From the IMG/VR virus record IMGVR_UViG_3300008050_007680, positions 56,953 through 76,952 of that record: a stretch of 20,000 nt of DNA; one strand, written 5' to 3'. Both the position numbers and the translations under genes were made by a program. This DNA is from an uncultured virus (IMG/VR IMGVR_UViG_3300008050_007680) (Duplodnaviria; Heunggongvirae; Uroviricota; Caudoviricetes). Below the pieces are notes generated by a model. It was not told where the DNA came from, searched no databases, and was given only the letters and a program-made list of their open reading frames with translations. Shown here in pieces: positions 1-11,500 of the stretch (the stretch's first letter is position 1; each line of letters starts with the position of its first letter).

Positions 1-1737
1 ATTGACGCAAATAGTAATTTCAAAATACGCGAATTTGGCGGCGCAACAAAAAGATCACTGCAGGATTCAAGAGAAGATAGATCTCGTGTAGGAACAATGC
101 TGGACTTTAGTGGGTCTTTAGCATCAGTAGTTTCATCATTTAATACGCATGGCATTCCGAATAATAAACCTTTTTTGAAATTGCCATATCTCTCGGGCTC
201 AAGAACAGAGGTTGGGTTCCCTGGTGCTCGCGGACTTATGACCCAGCATTCGATGCATAGCCCCCATGGTATCTCGAATGATGCCAGTGATGGCCTGTTC
301 ACATCTGGTTCATGGACATATGAAGCGCTATATAGACACCCCACTTATATAACTGGGCAACATGCCGTAACACAGAGCCTTGCTAGAATATTTACAACAG
401 GCTCTGCGACTCAGGTAACAGGGTCAGGCGGCTTATTATTTAACTTAGTAGCTGTGTCTGGATCTATGCTCACGCTATTTGCATCTCCGGGCGTAGGCGG
501 CACAGCTCCAACATTGACGCTGCCACTATCAGGTGCTGATGTCATGGATGGTCATCCATGGAGTATTTCATTCGGTAGAAATAGAGGCGACGAAATTGGA
601 GCCTTTAATTCCTCTTCATATTTCTTACGAGCAGCAAGACAAGAGTTTGGATCTATAGTAGAAAGTTATACAACGCAAAGCCTTTTTCTTGCATCAGGCT
701 CAACAGCAGGTATGTCTGATGCACAGTCTGTTATATCACCTACACTAAATGCTTCTGGTACATTTGTCGTGATTGGTTCGCAAAGCCTAACTGAGAACCA
801 GTCTGGCATGTTCTTGAACAACTCCGCCGTAGGTCAAATGGCCAAAGCAACATCGTTCAGTGGAAAAGTTACGCAGATACGTTTCTGGAGTAAGGGGCTT
901 ACAAAGGGCGAAAGTATTGAGCATGCAAGAAACTATGATTCTCTTGGTGTAGAAACTCCCGGTTCAAATTTTAACTTTTCAACCGGCTTCTCAGGTTCAT
1001 TCGAGAAGCTTCGTTTGGATATTACGACAGAGCAGCACTTATCAAAGAGCTCAGCAAGTGGTGATATAGAACTTTTTGACTATTCGCAGAATAATTTCCA
1101 TGGCGCAGCTTCTGGATTTGAGCCATCTGTTAACGTTCTATCACCAGAGAGATATTTCTTTAGTCAGCTATCACCTAGGTTTGATGAAGCAGCATCGAAC
1201 AATAAAGTAAGAATAAGAAGTTTCCAATCATTCGAAAATGCTTCATCATTTAAGACGCAGATAGCTCCAGTTTATGAGATCCCTTTAAGCGAAGCTCCTG
1301 TCGATGATGCCAGGTTCTCTATAGATTTTTCTATCATGGATGCTCTAAATGACGATATCATTAAGATATTTTCAACACTAGATAGCTTAGACAACACTTT
1401 AGGTAACCCTGAATTGTTATTTTCTCCAGATTATCCAGAGCTCGAAACGCTCAGAAATGTTTACTTTAATAGACTAACTGGACAAGTAAGAATGAGACAA
1501 TTTTTTGAATTTTTTAAGTGGTTTGATTCAATGCTGGGTATATCATCATTTATAGAGCAGCTTGTCCCAAGGAAGACGCTATTTCTAGGGACAAATTTCA
1601 TTATTGAAAGCCACATGCTTGAAAGGCCTAAGCTTGAATATCATTCGACCGATATTTATTTGGGCGAGGCTGATAGAGACAGCAAGAAGGGTATCATATT
1701 GGTACAGCAGCTAACAGGTCAATTGGGGAGACAATAA
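1..1737 (+). CDS. ORF1, 5'-truncated putative baseplate/tail structural protein with LamG/ConA-like domain
   Basis: Frame 1 is open from base 1 (IDANSNFKIREFGGATKRSLQDSREDRSRVGT then the Met at 97), so the gene probably starts upstream of the window. LamG-like strands WTYEALYR...HPWSISFGR...FVVIGS...FSGKVTQIRFWSKGLT at ~300-940. The IREFGG motif and the C-terminal QLVPRKTLFLGTNFIIESHMLERPK are recalled from large-phage baseplate-wedge-like proteins (unverified). Confidence 0.7.
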   Translation: MDANSNFKIREFGGATKRSLQDSREDRSRVGTMLDFSGSLASVVSSFNTHGIPNNKPFLKLPYLSGSRTEVGFPGARGLMTQHSMHSPHGISNDASDGLFTSGSWTYEALYRHPTYITGQHAVTQSLARIFTTGSATQVTGSGGLLFNLVAVSGSMLTLFASPGVGGTAPTLTLPLSGADVMDGHPWSISFGRNRGDEIGAFNSSSYFLRAARQEFGSIVESYTTQSLFLASGSTAGMSDAQSVISPTLNASGTFVVIGSQSLTENQSGMFLNNSAVGQMAKATSFSGKVTQIRFWSKGLTKGESIEHARNYDSLGVETPGSNFNFSTGFSGSFEKLRLDITTEQHLSKSSASGDIELFDYSQNNFHGAASGFEPSVNVLSPERYFFSQLSPRFDEAASNNKVRIRSFQSFENASSFKTQIAPVYEIPLSEAPVDDARFSIDFSIMDALNDDIIKIFSTLDSLDNTLGNPELLFSPDYPELETLRNVYFNRLTGQVRMRQFFEFFKWFDSMLGISSFIEQLVPRKTLFLGTNFIIESHMLERPKLEYHSTDIYLGEADRDSKKGIILVQQLTGQLGRQ

Positions 1738-2577
1738 ATGCAAGGCTCATTTGGATATTTTACGCCCTTTGTAGAAGCTAAAACAGTAAGAACAACACCT
1801 ACTGTAATGACACAAACAGGCTCAAATTTGAGTGCTATAGAGCATGTGCTGCAAGGCATTTCTGTCGTTACGGAGAGACAAAAGTATTCTGGTATGTTAC
1901 CAAAGTTGGGCACCGGTCGCCTCGACGGGCAGATCGAAATCACAACTTTTGGGCAATCAAAAGAGTTTAATGAGAATGAAAAGTTCGAAGAATTATTACG
2001 CTTTAACCCAGTAACGTATATAGAGAATCCAAATACTTTAATTTTTCCCGCAGTTCTTGGCAATGCATCACTTGAAGATCCAGAGAGGTTCGGTGGGTTT
2101 ATAGAACCATTAACAATAGATTCTAGAGAGCTCTTAAAGTCATTACAAGCACTTGATGATGACCCTCATAGAATTAGAGGGCATATACAAGACGGAAATG
2201 AGGATTCATTTACTAAAACATCGAAGATTGTACAATTCATAGATAATTTTGATGATTCACTTCCAGATGACCTATATATCGATTCTACGTCACATATCGG
2301 CTCATTAGGTGGTGATATTCTTATTCCAGGCTATTTTCCAGAATCAGAGAAAAAAATTGCACCATTTGATGAAACGATTACACAGGGTAAAGTATTTATT
2401 CCAGGAAGCATCGCTGGTTCAAGTACGGGCGATATAGAGAGTGCAATAATAGCAATGACCAATTCAGCGACAGATGATATACCTGGTATCGATTATAAGT
2501 CTATGGGAGCAGGATTTACATATTCAAATAATCCTGCAGGCACAGATTCTATCGCTTATGGCGGTCTAAAGAGATGA
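1738..2577 (+). CDS. ORF2, hypothetical virion-associated protein (279 aa)
   Basis: ATG directly follows the ORF1 stop (TAA-ATG). GGAG at 1727-1730 lies 7 nt upstream. Acidic protein ending GTDSIAYGGLKR. Function inferred from context only. Confidence 0.6.
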   Translation: MQGSFGYFTPFVEAKTVRTTPTVMTQTGSNLSAIEHVLQGISVVTERQKYSGMLPKLGTGRLDGQIEITTFGQSKEFNENEKFEELLRFNPVTYIENPNTLIFPAVLGNASLEDPERFGGFIEPLTIDSRELLKSLQALDDDPHRIRGHIQDGNEDSFTKTSKIVQFIDNFDDSLPDDLYIDSTSHIGSLGGDILIPGYFPESEKKIAPFDETITQGKVFIPGSIAGSSTGDIESAIIAMTNSATDDIPGIDYKSMGAGFTYSNNPAGTDSIAYGGLKR

Positions 2578-5183
2578 CTAACATCAACTTAGCATCTCGT
2601 ATACAGATACGAGACGAGGATAACACGACTGGTAGTTATCCTACTATTTCTAGAACGAGTACAGATCGCCCCGGTACATTTGGCAGCAGGTTCGATGATA
2701 CAAACTCTATTGTGTTTATTGAATCTACACAGATCACATTACCCGCTGGGTTACCTTTATCATCACCATTTATTACTGACCAGACATCCTCATTCACGTC
2801 AGTAACTGGGGCCGTACGGAAAGGTATCGCCGACGGCATCGCAATATTCTCTACTGGTCAGATACTGTCTGCCTTCGATGATAGCTTACATCCTGAGCAA
2901 AGTGTCTATGATAACTTTCATGAAACTGGTTCAACATTAGCAACCGTAGGGTTCGGGTTTACATCACCCTTACGAAGTAAGACTAAACTAACTGTAAACT
3001 TAAACCAGTCATTGACTACAACACTGCAATTATCATCATCGTTAAACAATGATAGGGTAGATGGCACCGGCAGTTATCCTATGGCATATTACAATTTTGA
3101 TAAAGTGTCCTGGGAAAATGTTGGCCAAGGGACAGGATATAATACAAACTCGCCTACAGCGGATGGACAGCCTGATCACAACTTAGCAACTCAAATGTTA
3201 GGCTTTTCGCCATCATTTTTGGGTGATGGTAATATTATAGGCAATTCTTCGCAGTCGGCAATCCCATTTGATGCATTCGGATTTCCTACCCACCAAAAAT
3301 TTCATGCAACTTCATCGCAAGTTTACCCAGTTTCTAACTTGATAGACAAACCCTTTCTAGTAGAAAAGGTTATATATGAATGTTCTGCATCATTTAGCGG
3401 AACTGGTGACTTTATTGAACAATCTGAGGGCCTCTATAACACATTTTTTGTCTTGAACCAGAGAGGTCCATTTTCTGCTTCAATAAGTAATGGCCCATAT
3501 TTACTAACTGACACCAAGCAACTAACAACATCAATTCCCTCTGGTATCATTTTATCACAAAATGGTTCACCTACATACGTTGATACTCAGCGTGATATCG
3601 TTACATGGTTGCAAGTTGCATCATTTTCTTCGACCATTAACTCTTCTTCGTCTGACCACTCAAACTTTGCTCTTAGGGAAAAGAATATAATATCTACGAC
3701 AGGAGCTAACTGGTCAGATAAACTGATATTGTCGGGCGTCGCAAAAACACCCGCGAAGGTAGGGTTGCATAGTAGCTTTAATGATAACGATGATGTCAAT
3801 GAAGAACCTGTAACTTATCGTTTCGGTGGCCGAGGCAATTTAGGAAAGCCATCAGGAAGAGATCTTGTCTCTGGATTCGTTTCGAACATCGGGAATACAC
3901 CAATTGCCTTAACGGATTTTAACAAAGCTACTGTAATTTCTGGTACAAGTCCGTACATCATTATGCCAGGTGATAAGCTTATTTTTGGGTGGCAAGTTGC
4001 TCAACCTGGTTCACCAGTAAGCGTCGCAAATGCATTTAATCCAACACTAACGTTACCACCGGCGTCTGGTAGGTTAACATTATATGGGTCATACATTTGT
4101 GATGCTCAAGAAATTCATGATTCACTCAACCAGCAATTAACGACAAATGCTGTACATGAAGACGTGAGAGGAACTGGGATTATTCATGATCAGTTCGACG
4201 TCGAGCAATTAACACAGTTTTCTGGTACAATAAATGCTAGATTTTTAACTGGTACTATCGGGTTAGCGGAGTCTAGGCGCGTCCAAGCATCAACAATCTC
4301 TTTTGACAGAAATGTAAGTCATCATAAACTTTTATCTGGCTCATTTATCCCAGGATTTATTCGGGGTACTCAACATACATCGGAGAATGAAAGGTTCTTT
4401 GATACATTATTACCAGATCCAGCTGAAATAACTGCGCTGAATGGTGTCTTAGTTGAGTGGCAATCAAACGGCGGAACGCTGGCTAACCAAAACATGATTA
4501 ACTTAGGTCACGTTATGACTGGTGATAGCAACACAGACACTACGTGGCCCTTAGCTTTTCCGTTTGAGCCAAAATATTCATCGTTAAACAGAAATCTAAC
4601 GTTACCGACAGTGGCAGATCAAACATTCATACCCGGTGTAACTAGGCGTTCTCCGATGTCCATTAAGAGATCTAATGATCTTTTATTCTCTACTCAAAGG
4701 TATTCACTATTAAATGCTAAAGATAGGGTAAGCTCAGCAGGAGATTTTACTCATCACAGTGCAGCTTCATCAAGAGATATGCTTTTGCATTATTATGGTA
4801 CAGGCGACTTTTTCTCTGGTAGCGTAAAGCCTTTTGAGGTCAGGTCTGATAAATATATTTTTGGCTCCGTACATAGAGGCTTCAAGTATGGCATCTTGAA
4901 CCCAATAAAGCAATTTACAAAGGCCATCTTCAAGAGAGATCACTATGGATATTTCAGAGATATGCTTGAGCAGCGCTTAGATGCAAAATTCTATGATATT
5001 ATAGGGTTAACAAGCGATGGTATAAAGTCTGGGGGCCCAGCTCTACGCACAAGCCCCATTACTATACGCTTCGTTGCGTCAGGTTCGAATACAGCAGTTA
5101 CACCTATTACAACAGATTCTTCAAACTTAAGTCACGAAGCAACATCTAGTTTACCCTATTTTGATGGGGTATCAAGGAACTAA
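2574..5183 (+). CDS. ORF3, Ser/Thr/Gly-rich putative virion structural protein (869 aa)
   Basis: ATGA overlap with ORF2. Composition looks beta-rich and S/T/G-rich. Distinctive C-terminal block RGFKYGILN...FKRDHYGYFRDMLEQR. Confidence 0.6.
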   Translation: MTNINLASRIQIRDEDNTTGSYPTISRTSTDRPGTFGSRFDDTNSIVFIESTQITLPAGLPLSSPFITDQTSSFTSVTGAVRKGIADGIAIFSTGQILSAFDDSLHPEQSVYDNFHETGSTLATVGFGFTSPLRSKTKLTVNLNQSLTTTLQLSSSLNNDRVDGTGSYPMAYYNFDKVSWENVGQGTGYNTNSPTADGQPDHNLATQMLGFSPSFLGDGNIIGNSSQSAIPFDAFGFPTHQKFHATSSQVYPVSNLIDKPFLVEKVIYECSASFSGTGDFIEQSEGLYNTFFVLNQRGPFSASISNGPYLLTDTKQLTTSIPSGIILSQNGSPTYVDTQRDIVTWLQVASFSSTINSSSSDHSNFALREKNIISTTGANWSDKLILSGVAKTPAKVGLHSSFNDNDDVNEEPVTYRFGGRGNLGKPSGRDLVSGFVSNIGNTPIALTDFNKATVISGTSPYIIMPGDKLIFGWQVAQPGSPVSVANAFNPTLTLPPASGRLTLYGSYICDAQEIHDSLNQQLTTNAVHEDVRGTGIIHDQFDVEQLTQFSGTINARFLTGTIGLAESRRVQASTISFDRNVSHHKLLSGSFIPGFIRGTQHTSENERFFDTLLPDPAEITALNGVLVEWQSNGGTLANQNMINLGHVMTGDSNTDTTWPLAFPFEPKYSSLNRNLTLPTVADQTFIPGVTRRSPMSIKRSNDLLFSTQRYSLLNAKDRVSSAGDFTHHSAASSRDMLLHYYGTGDFFSGSVKPFEVRSDKYIFGSVHRGFKYGILNPIKQFTKAIFKRDHYGYFRDMLEQRLDAKFYDIIGLTSDGIKSGGPALRTSPITIRFVASGSNTAVTPITTDSSNLSHEATSSLPYFDGVSRN

Positions 5184-5184
5184 C

Positions 5185-6102
5185 ATGTCAGGTATTTTAG
5201 ACAGCAAAACAAGAATGCTTGATACCGTCGTTACAGACGAGGGCAAGAGACAAATAGCTGCCGGCGAATTAAGAATAAAATTCGTCTCGTTTACAGATTG
5301 TAACACATTTTATGAAAGTGACATAATCAGCGGGTCAACAGACGCATCTGATAGATTATTCCTTGAGGTTGGTTCGCTGCCCCAAGATAGAATAACATTT
5401 GAGTCAGATGATTCTGGAAAGCTTAAACCTTTAAGAGGTTCAAATATTGATGTTCTCGATGGCAAGATTTTATCAGGTTCATCTACATCATTTCTTGGAG
5501 TTGTTACTGGATCCGCATTTTCAAGCTTGGCAGAGGTACTTGCTGATACAACAGTCAACAATTTTCAAAAATTGCAACTAATTAGAACAGAAGATAATTT
5601 CTTTGATGCAGAAAACGAATTCGCTGTGAATACAAACGAAGTAGAATTTAGTATTTCTGATGCTGCACCTATTAACCCCGGACAAATGACGACAGCAAAT
5701 ATAGATGATGTTGAAACATTGTTTCAGGATAAGAGGCTGTCTCACCTTCCGAACTTCAAATATCTACCGCCAGTAAACACCGACGGCACATCACTTGGTG
5801 ATTATCCTTTGCTTGGCCAGCAAAAGAGTGAGTTGTCATATACACAGCTCATGGGTGAATTGGCCAACAAAGAAAAGCGTGTTATAGAGTTTTCACAAAA
5901 TACACTACAAGCGAACGTAATGTGTCAATTTTTTGAATTTAAGCAAGATCGACTTTTGAAGTTAGACGCTATTGATTTTGGCGAAATTTCAACTGGAGAT
6001 CAAGATTTCCCAAATAAGAGAATATATTTCATAGGGAAGCTATTTATTGATAGCTTCGGCGCTCATACATTCGTGAATATATTTACACTTATTTTTGAGT
6101 AA
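5185..6102 (+). CDS. ORF4, putative baseplate/tail protein, paralogue of ORF8 (305 aa)
   Basis: Start re-assigned from TTG 5161 to ATG 5185. That ATG sits 1 nt after the ORF3 stop, has AAGGA upstream, and aligns with the ORF8 N-terminus (MSGILDSKTRMLDTVVTDEGKRQIA vs MGFLNHATNNILLDAVLTDTGRQFLS). Confidence 0.65.
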   Translation: MSGILDSKTRMLDTVVTDEGKRQIAAGELRIKFVSFTDCNTFYESDIISGSTDASDRLFLEVGSLPQDRITFESDDSGKLKPLRGSNIDVLDGKILSGSSTSFLGVVTGSAFSSLAEVLADTTVNNFQKLQLIRTEDNFFDAENEFAVNTNEVEFSISDAAPINPGQMTTANIDDVETLFQDKRLSHLPNFKYLPPVNTDGTSLGDYPLLGQQKSELSYTQLMGELANKEKRVIEFSQNTLQANVMCQFFEFKQDRLLKLDAIDFGEISTGDQDFPNKRIYFIGKLFIDSFGAHTFVNIFTLIFE

Positions 6103-6114
6103 TACAGGTGATAT

Positions 6115-8580
6115 ATGAAAATCGCAAGCAAAAAAACATCCGAATTACTTAAGGTCGATAATAATTTCGCACAACTTTTAAAGATAGAGGGCGGAATATT
6201 TTATTACAAGTTTGAATATAGATCTTCAACGATCGATGCACTTAGAAAAGGCGCAAATATAGTTAGGTTGTCTGTTAGAAAAAGTTTACCCCTGCAAGAA
6301 GATAACATCTTCAAGAGTGCTGGTAAATCGAATTATGAACTTATTGAAGATATACTACATTATGAACCAAAGAAAAAGTCGGCAAAAAGAGATGATGAGT
6401 CAAGTATACTGGTAAGAAAAAACTCTGATATCACGTCGAAGCTAAACAATGATCTCATCTCTAGCATAAAATTAAGCTCTTTGCCAGCAAGCAGCATAAT
6501 GCCTGCTCGTAAAGTTGTCGACTTAAAAACTGTCACGGAGATAAGGGCTTCAAACTTGAATGTACCAGTCATACAAAACTCAGTAGCCCGGTCACAAGAA
6601 ACATCATCACGACAAGGTCATCAAGTAGCGGCAGTTGATATGATATTCAATGATGGTGTTGATCCATCTACAGTAGCTGCAAGGTATAGACCATCTGTAG
6701 GGACAGAAAAAGCATTTCGTGGCGTCGCTCCTATTGCACAAGAACAAGTTGAAACGCCCACGGTAAATGCGCAAGATTCACGCCGAAGATTTCTTATAGA
6801 TACATTATTAAGTAATGTTAAGAAAACAATAACATTAGGTGATCTTGCAGCAAATACACCAGTTCCAGTAGTTTCTAATAAAAAACAAATTGACGTAAGA
6901 AATTCTGAGCTTGTTCTAGTGCCTGAGGTCGATGTCGGCTTAGAAGATTTCTATGTCATTTTTGAGCTTATAACTAGCACCGGTGAAGTACTAGAGTCAC
7001 AAGCAAGAAGAGTAAACCACAGCTTTCTATCAAAAGTATTTAATACACCTAGACTACCTCCAAGCATTAATATATCACCAACTCAAATATCTGGTAGGAA
7101 TGTTCTAGAAGTTCAGCAGAATGATCCCATCGCCATGAAGGTTGGCGTTTATAGACGTTCAATAAAAAAATCAGACCCAGATATGTTATCATCTGTCTAT
7201 CAGTTCATCGCTGAACTCAAGTTAACGCAAGCGGAAGGCATAGTCAAGTTTACTGACGTTACGAATAATTCACACATCAACTTATACAGGTGCATCTCTA
7301 TTGGTCCAGGAAATGCACAAGGTGCTGAGTTTGCAAATGCCGTTGCTATTGCACAAAAAGGTATAGGTGGCGATGCGTCGCACAGACAAGCCTTCGCATC
7401 ACTCTCAGCAATAAATTCACCTTCAGGTGTTGAAGTATTGGTTGAAAATGTTTCGCCTGGGCCAATAGCCGTCGCCATTTTAAAGAGAGATAAAACAGTA
7501 TTTCAAAAAGAATTTCAATTCATTAAGACAGACACTAGGGTCATCTTAATTAATGATGGGCTGCAAAACACGCTATTTATTGACTCAGATGTAAAAGATA
7601 GTCATGTATATGAGTATATATGTAGGCTTTATTACAATGATGGTTCCGTTTTAGACTCAAGCGCGAATGTTTTACATGAGTTCATAAAGCATTCAGTGGG
7701 TGTTGTTACAGCAAAAATTAGTAATTTACAAGTTATAAAGAATAGTTCGAGAACAGATGTTTCTTTTAATGTTGCGTCAAAAATAGAAGCCACCGATTTA
7801 GATGCAGTGAAAAAAACACTAGAAAAGCAAGGGCTTGCGAGCTTATTTAGCGAAGAGTTAAAGCTTGAGCGAAATAAGCTGCAGAGACTAATCGCACATA
7901 ATATTGTTAGATTAAATTTGACTACTGGCGAAAAAGAAGATTTTGGTACTATTACAGACGAAATTTTTATCGACAGTGCTGCAAGCGTAAGTACCTCAAT
8001 TAAACCTCTAAAAGTAGGTAACAATTATCGTTACATTATTACAACATTATTACGAGATGCAGAGACTACATTCGACGATTATGTTAAGTCAGCTGATGAT
8101 GTTTCTACGGGGAAATCATATACATTTAAGCCCGCGAAGTTTTTGCACCCATTTACTTTAAAGACAGGTACGTTAATTGACAGACAGTCACATGCTTCAA
8201 ACCATCCACAGGATGATTTTGCTATGGGTAGAATAGGCAACCCATTAGTCATTAATGTTCCTCTAAGCATATCATTGCCCTCTATCAAAAAAATCAGTGC
8301 TACAAGAGTTAGTACCGATACAGTTAATGTAAGATGGGTAATTGATGGTGATGTTACATTTGTTGAACACTACATTATAATAAAAGACAATCTTGGTATG
8401 AGTGCTATTTCTGGAAAAGTTCATCATGTAACATCGAACAACACGTTCGAGTTTTATGACACATTAGAGTCAGATGATATCGGCGAAATAAGTTATAGAG
8501 TTATACCTGTTTTAAATGATTATAAAAGAGGGTTGTCATCAAACAGCGCTACGGTAATAATTAAAGATGGAAGGATTTAA
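6115..8580 (+). CDS. ORF5, putative virion protein with several FN3/Ig-like domains (821 aa)
   Basis: SD-like AGGTGA at 6106-6111. Recurrent FN3-type 'FxD...YxY/YR' motifs: FTDVTNNSHINLYRCISI, FIDSDVKDSHVYEYICRL, FIDS...LKVGNNYRYIITTL, FYDTLESDDIGEISYRVIPV. Confidence 0.6.
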   Translation: MKIASKKTSELLKVDNNFAQLLKIEGGIFYYKFEYRSSTIDALRKGANIVRLSVRKSLPLQEDNIFKSAGKSNYELIEDILHYEPKKKSAKRDDESSILVRKNSDITSKLNNDLISSIKLSSLPASSIMPARKVVDLKTVTEIRASNLNVPVIQNSVARSQETSSRQGHQVAAVDMIFNDGVDPSTVAARYRPSVGTEKAFRGVAPIAQEQVETPTVNAQDSRRRFLIDTLLSNVKKTITLGDLAANTPVPVVSNKKQIDVRNSELVLVPEVDVGLEDFYVIFELITSTGEVLESQARRVNHSFLSKVFNTPRLPPSINISPTQISGRNVLEVQQNDPIAMKVGVYRRSIKKSDPDMLSSVYQFIAELKLTQAEGIVKFTDVTNNSHINLYRCISIGPGNAQGAEFANAVAIAQKGIGGDASHRQAFASLSAINSPSGVEVLVENVSPGPIAVAILKRDKTVFQKEFQFIKTDTRVILINDGLQNTLFIDSDVKDSHVYEYICRLYYNDGSVLDSSANVLHEFIKHSVGVVTAKISNLQVIKNSSRTDVSFNVASKIEATDLDAVKKTLEKQGLASLFSEELKLERNKLQRLIAHNIVRLNLTTGEKEDFGTITDEIFIDSAASVSTSIKPLKVGNNYRYIITTLLRDAETTFDDYVKSADDVSTGKSYTFKPAKFLHPFTLKTGTLIDRQSHASNHPQDDFAMGRIGNPLVINVPLSISLPSIKKISATRVSTDTVNVRWVIDGDVTFVEHYIIIKDNLGMSAISGKVHHVTSNNTFEFYDTLESDDIGEISYRVIPVLNDYKRGLSSNSATVIIKDGRI

Positions 8581-11500
8581 TGACTATTGGCGCAAGAACT
8601 GGGAATACATCAACATCAGGGAATGCACGAACTGGAAATGTTGCTGCACAACCCAGAGAAGGTAGAACGACAAGCAACTTAACTGTAAATGGCCTAACAG
8701 ACGCAGTTAAAAGTACTGTGGCAAGTGTATCAACATTTTCTCGGCCACCAGCAGAGTCAAACACCATACCAAATGAATCACTTGAAAGTGTAAAGTTATC
8801 ATCTGATTCAAGCAATTATAACGCAGTAATGAATAAGGGCTTTAACAGCTTTAGACCCGAAATCCTTGCAGCATTTCAATTCGAGCCTGTTTACGAAGAT
8901 GATAACAACATCCCTGGGCCCGTCGGAAAAATGCTCGATTTTCAAATAGCAGCAAGACGTTTACAGGCTGAGAATGTAATGAGGCTTGTCAACGAGTTAA
9001 AAACGAACCCAGAGACAAGCAGCATAATTTCTCGAATAGAAGAAGAGATTTCGCAGCATGAAGAGGCGGCAAATAAAGAAATCCAGTTCCTTGATAGTCT
9101 GGTTAGAGTGTTAAATGCTTCAAAAACTTCATTTAATGTTAAGTTGAATAGTAATAAAATTAAGGCTGAAATACAGGCGAGGCGAGACATACAGGGTAGA
9201 AATAAAGCCAGTATATCTAGGAACGTACGTCCCACAAAGACGCTTAGCGAACTAATGGTTGATGATTTAAAGTTTTCGTCTCAAGGGTTTGCGAAATTTA
9301 CGAATACAAAGATTATAGGGCAGTTGATAGACGATTTGAGAGCGATATTAACATCATTCTCGCCTCAAATTTTTGATTTGCCTAACGCAGACAGGGAAAA
9401 TGACCTAGATCCCACCAGGTTGTCAAGAATAGATGATCAAACGATCGGTTCTGCCATAGAGTTTGATATTGCAAACCTATCACTTAGTTCACAAGCGGAT
9501 GTTCAATCTGGCGCTACAAGCAATGCACTGACATCATACATGTCTTCTTTATCACAAGTGACAAACCATGATGACAGACTAAAGATACTATTTAGTTTAT
9601 TGTCAAAAGAATTGAGGGTTTCTACAGGGTTAAGTTTAAAAAATATAAAGACAATCGCAACGTCGGTTTTTTCTGAGACTAATATTGACGGAAGCATTTT
9701 CGAAAAAATGTTGGGTAACATCGGTAATGAAGTTTTGTCATCAATTCCGCCACCAGAAAACTCAATTAGTAGCTTGCTTCGTTTAGTGACGGCTGATGGC
9801 GTCGTATTACCCTTTGAACAATCTGCGATTTCAACAAACGCGTTTCAAGAATACATCCCTGGAGGCGATTTCTATGTTGACTCAATAGTCAGAGGGAATA
9901 ACATTTTTGATTCTACGCAACTTAATGAGTATGCTACAGCATTAAATTCTGGTGTTACTGGCCTTGCAGCAATCGTCGAAGGTACACTTGATGTTAATGC
10001 TGTTAATAATGATAGACTGGGCTTGAATGTAGATGATCTAATGGACCGTGCTTTTCGATCAATACACGATTCTGCAAAATCTATATCTGACAAGGATTCA
10101 ACAAGGGATACATTCATACCCGCGTTACTAATATCAGCAAGCTCAGATCAGACGATGCGGTATTATCTCTACTTATATATGTTGATATTCGGGTATGAAA
10201 AGTCTGATAAATTTGGTGTAGAAAATAAATTTTTCGAAACTATGCAGTCGGCTGGTTTGACACGCGCTGTAGTTGCAAGCGCAATAAAAGCTGCATTTTT
10301 AGAACCATTCGTTAACCCAGTACAAGGCTTAATCGACAGAGCCGGTAATACATCTGACATCATACTTATCTCTGAGATGATCATGGAAAGAGTGTATTTT
10401 AGATTTCGGAAAGACACAGTCGACCCATCAAAAAGCTCATACCTCGGAAACTTCGCGTTTAACCACTTAACTGGTTTAGGTGCCGGGACGTCACAAGACA
10501 ACCTATTTCTGTCAATGTTTAGCATGTTAAACTCGCTTGATAATATTTGCAGATCGGCCATCACAGCAACACAAAGCACTGACAATAGCGATGCATATTT
10601 TTCTAATACACATAAAGGGTTGACTAAGTTTAACAATATTGGTGTCCATCAGATGGTGATGGTTGTTTTAGATATCTTTATTACTACATATACTAAGTTT
10701 GCACCAATCATGATAACTGGTGTTAAGTCTTTGAGATCTTTAGATACAAGTACATCATTTAGTGACGCACTTAAAGTCAGTAGCCCAGGAATAGAAATAG
10801 ACATAGATGATGATGCATTTACAGTGATGGAACACTCACTCTTCCAATTTCTAGATTCAGGTTCACGTTTAAGTGCTGGAATAGATCTACGGCTTGATAG
10901 AGATATGAGATTTCGTATTGGCGCTCAGTTAGGAGATTTAAACAACATACGACAAAAAGCATCAAACGAAGACTTACTAGTAAGAGATATTGTTGACGCT
11001 TTATTATCAATCATGAATATGGTTGTTGCATCAGCTGCAGAAGCAAAGAGTTTTTTTGATCCAAAAGGTTCAAACGCTACTTTACTCGAGTCAATAGCAT
11101 TATCAATTGACTCGAATGAAAAGCTTAGTGCGCTCGATGCAGCCCAAGTTTCACTAGCAAGAGTTGAGCTGGATGATCATATTATAGCACGCTCAACAGC
11201 AGCATCGGACCAAACGAACGCTGGGGCTCTATCTAGTGATGTTTCGCCCTTTATAGATGATACTGCGACATCACCAGATGTAAGGAATTCAGTTTTTTCT
11301 TTGGCGAAGCAACCAGAATTTTTAGGCTCAGCTGAAACAAGTATGAAGGTGCTAGCTGTTGGTATACCAGCTGGATTTAATGACGCTCTAAAAAGAAAAC
11401 TTGATTTCTTTTTTGCTGATAGAAGTGCGACAAAAATAAAGGGCTCTTTAAGCGGCATCATCAAAATGAATGTATACATGCAAGACGCGATGTTCGATGA

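Noticed and set aside
5161..5184. Track start of ORF4 at TTG 5161 / ATG 5164
   Set aside because: It overlaps ORF3. ATG 5185 has an RBS, abuts the ORF3 stop and aligns with the paralogue ORF8.
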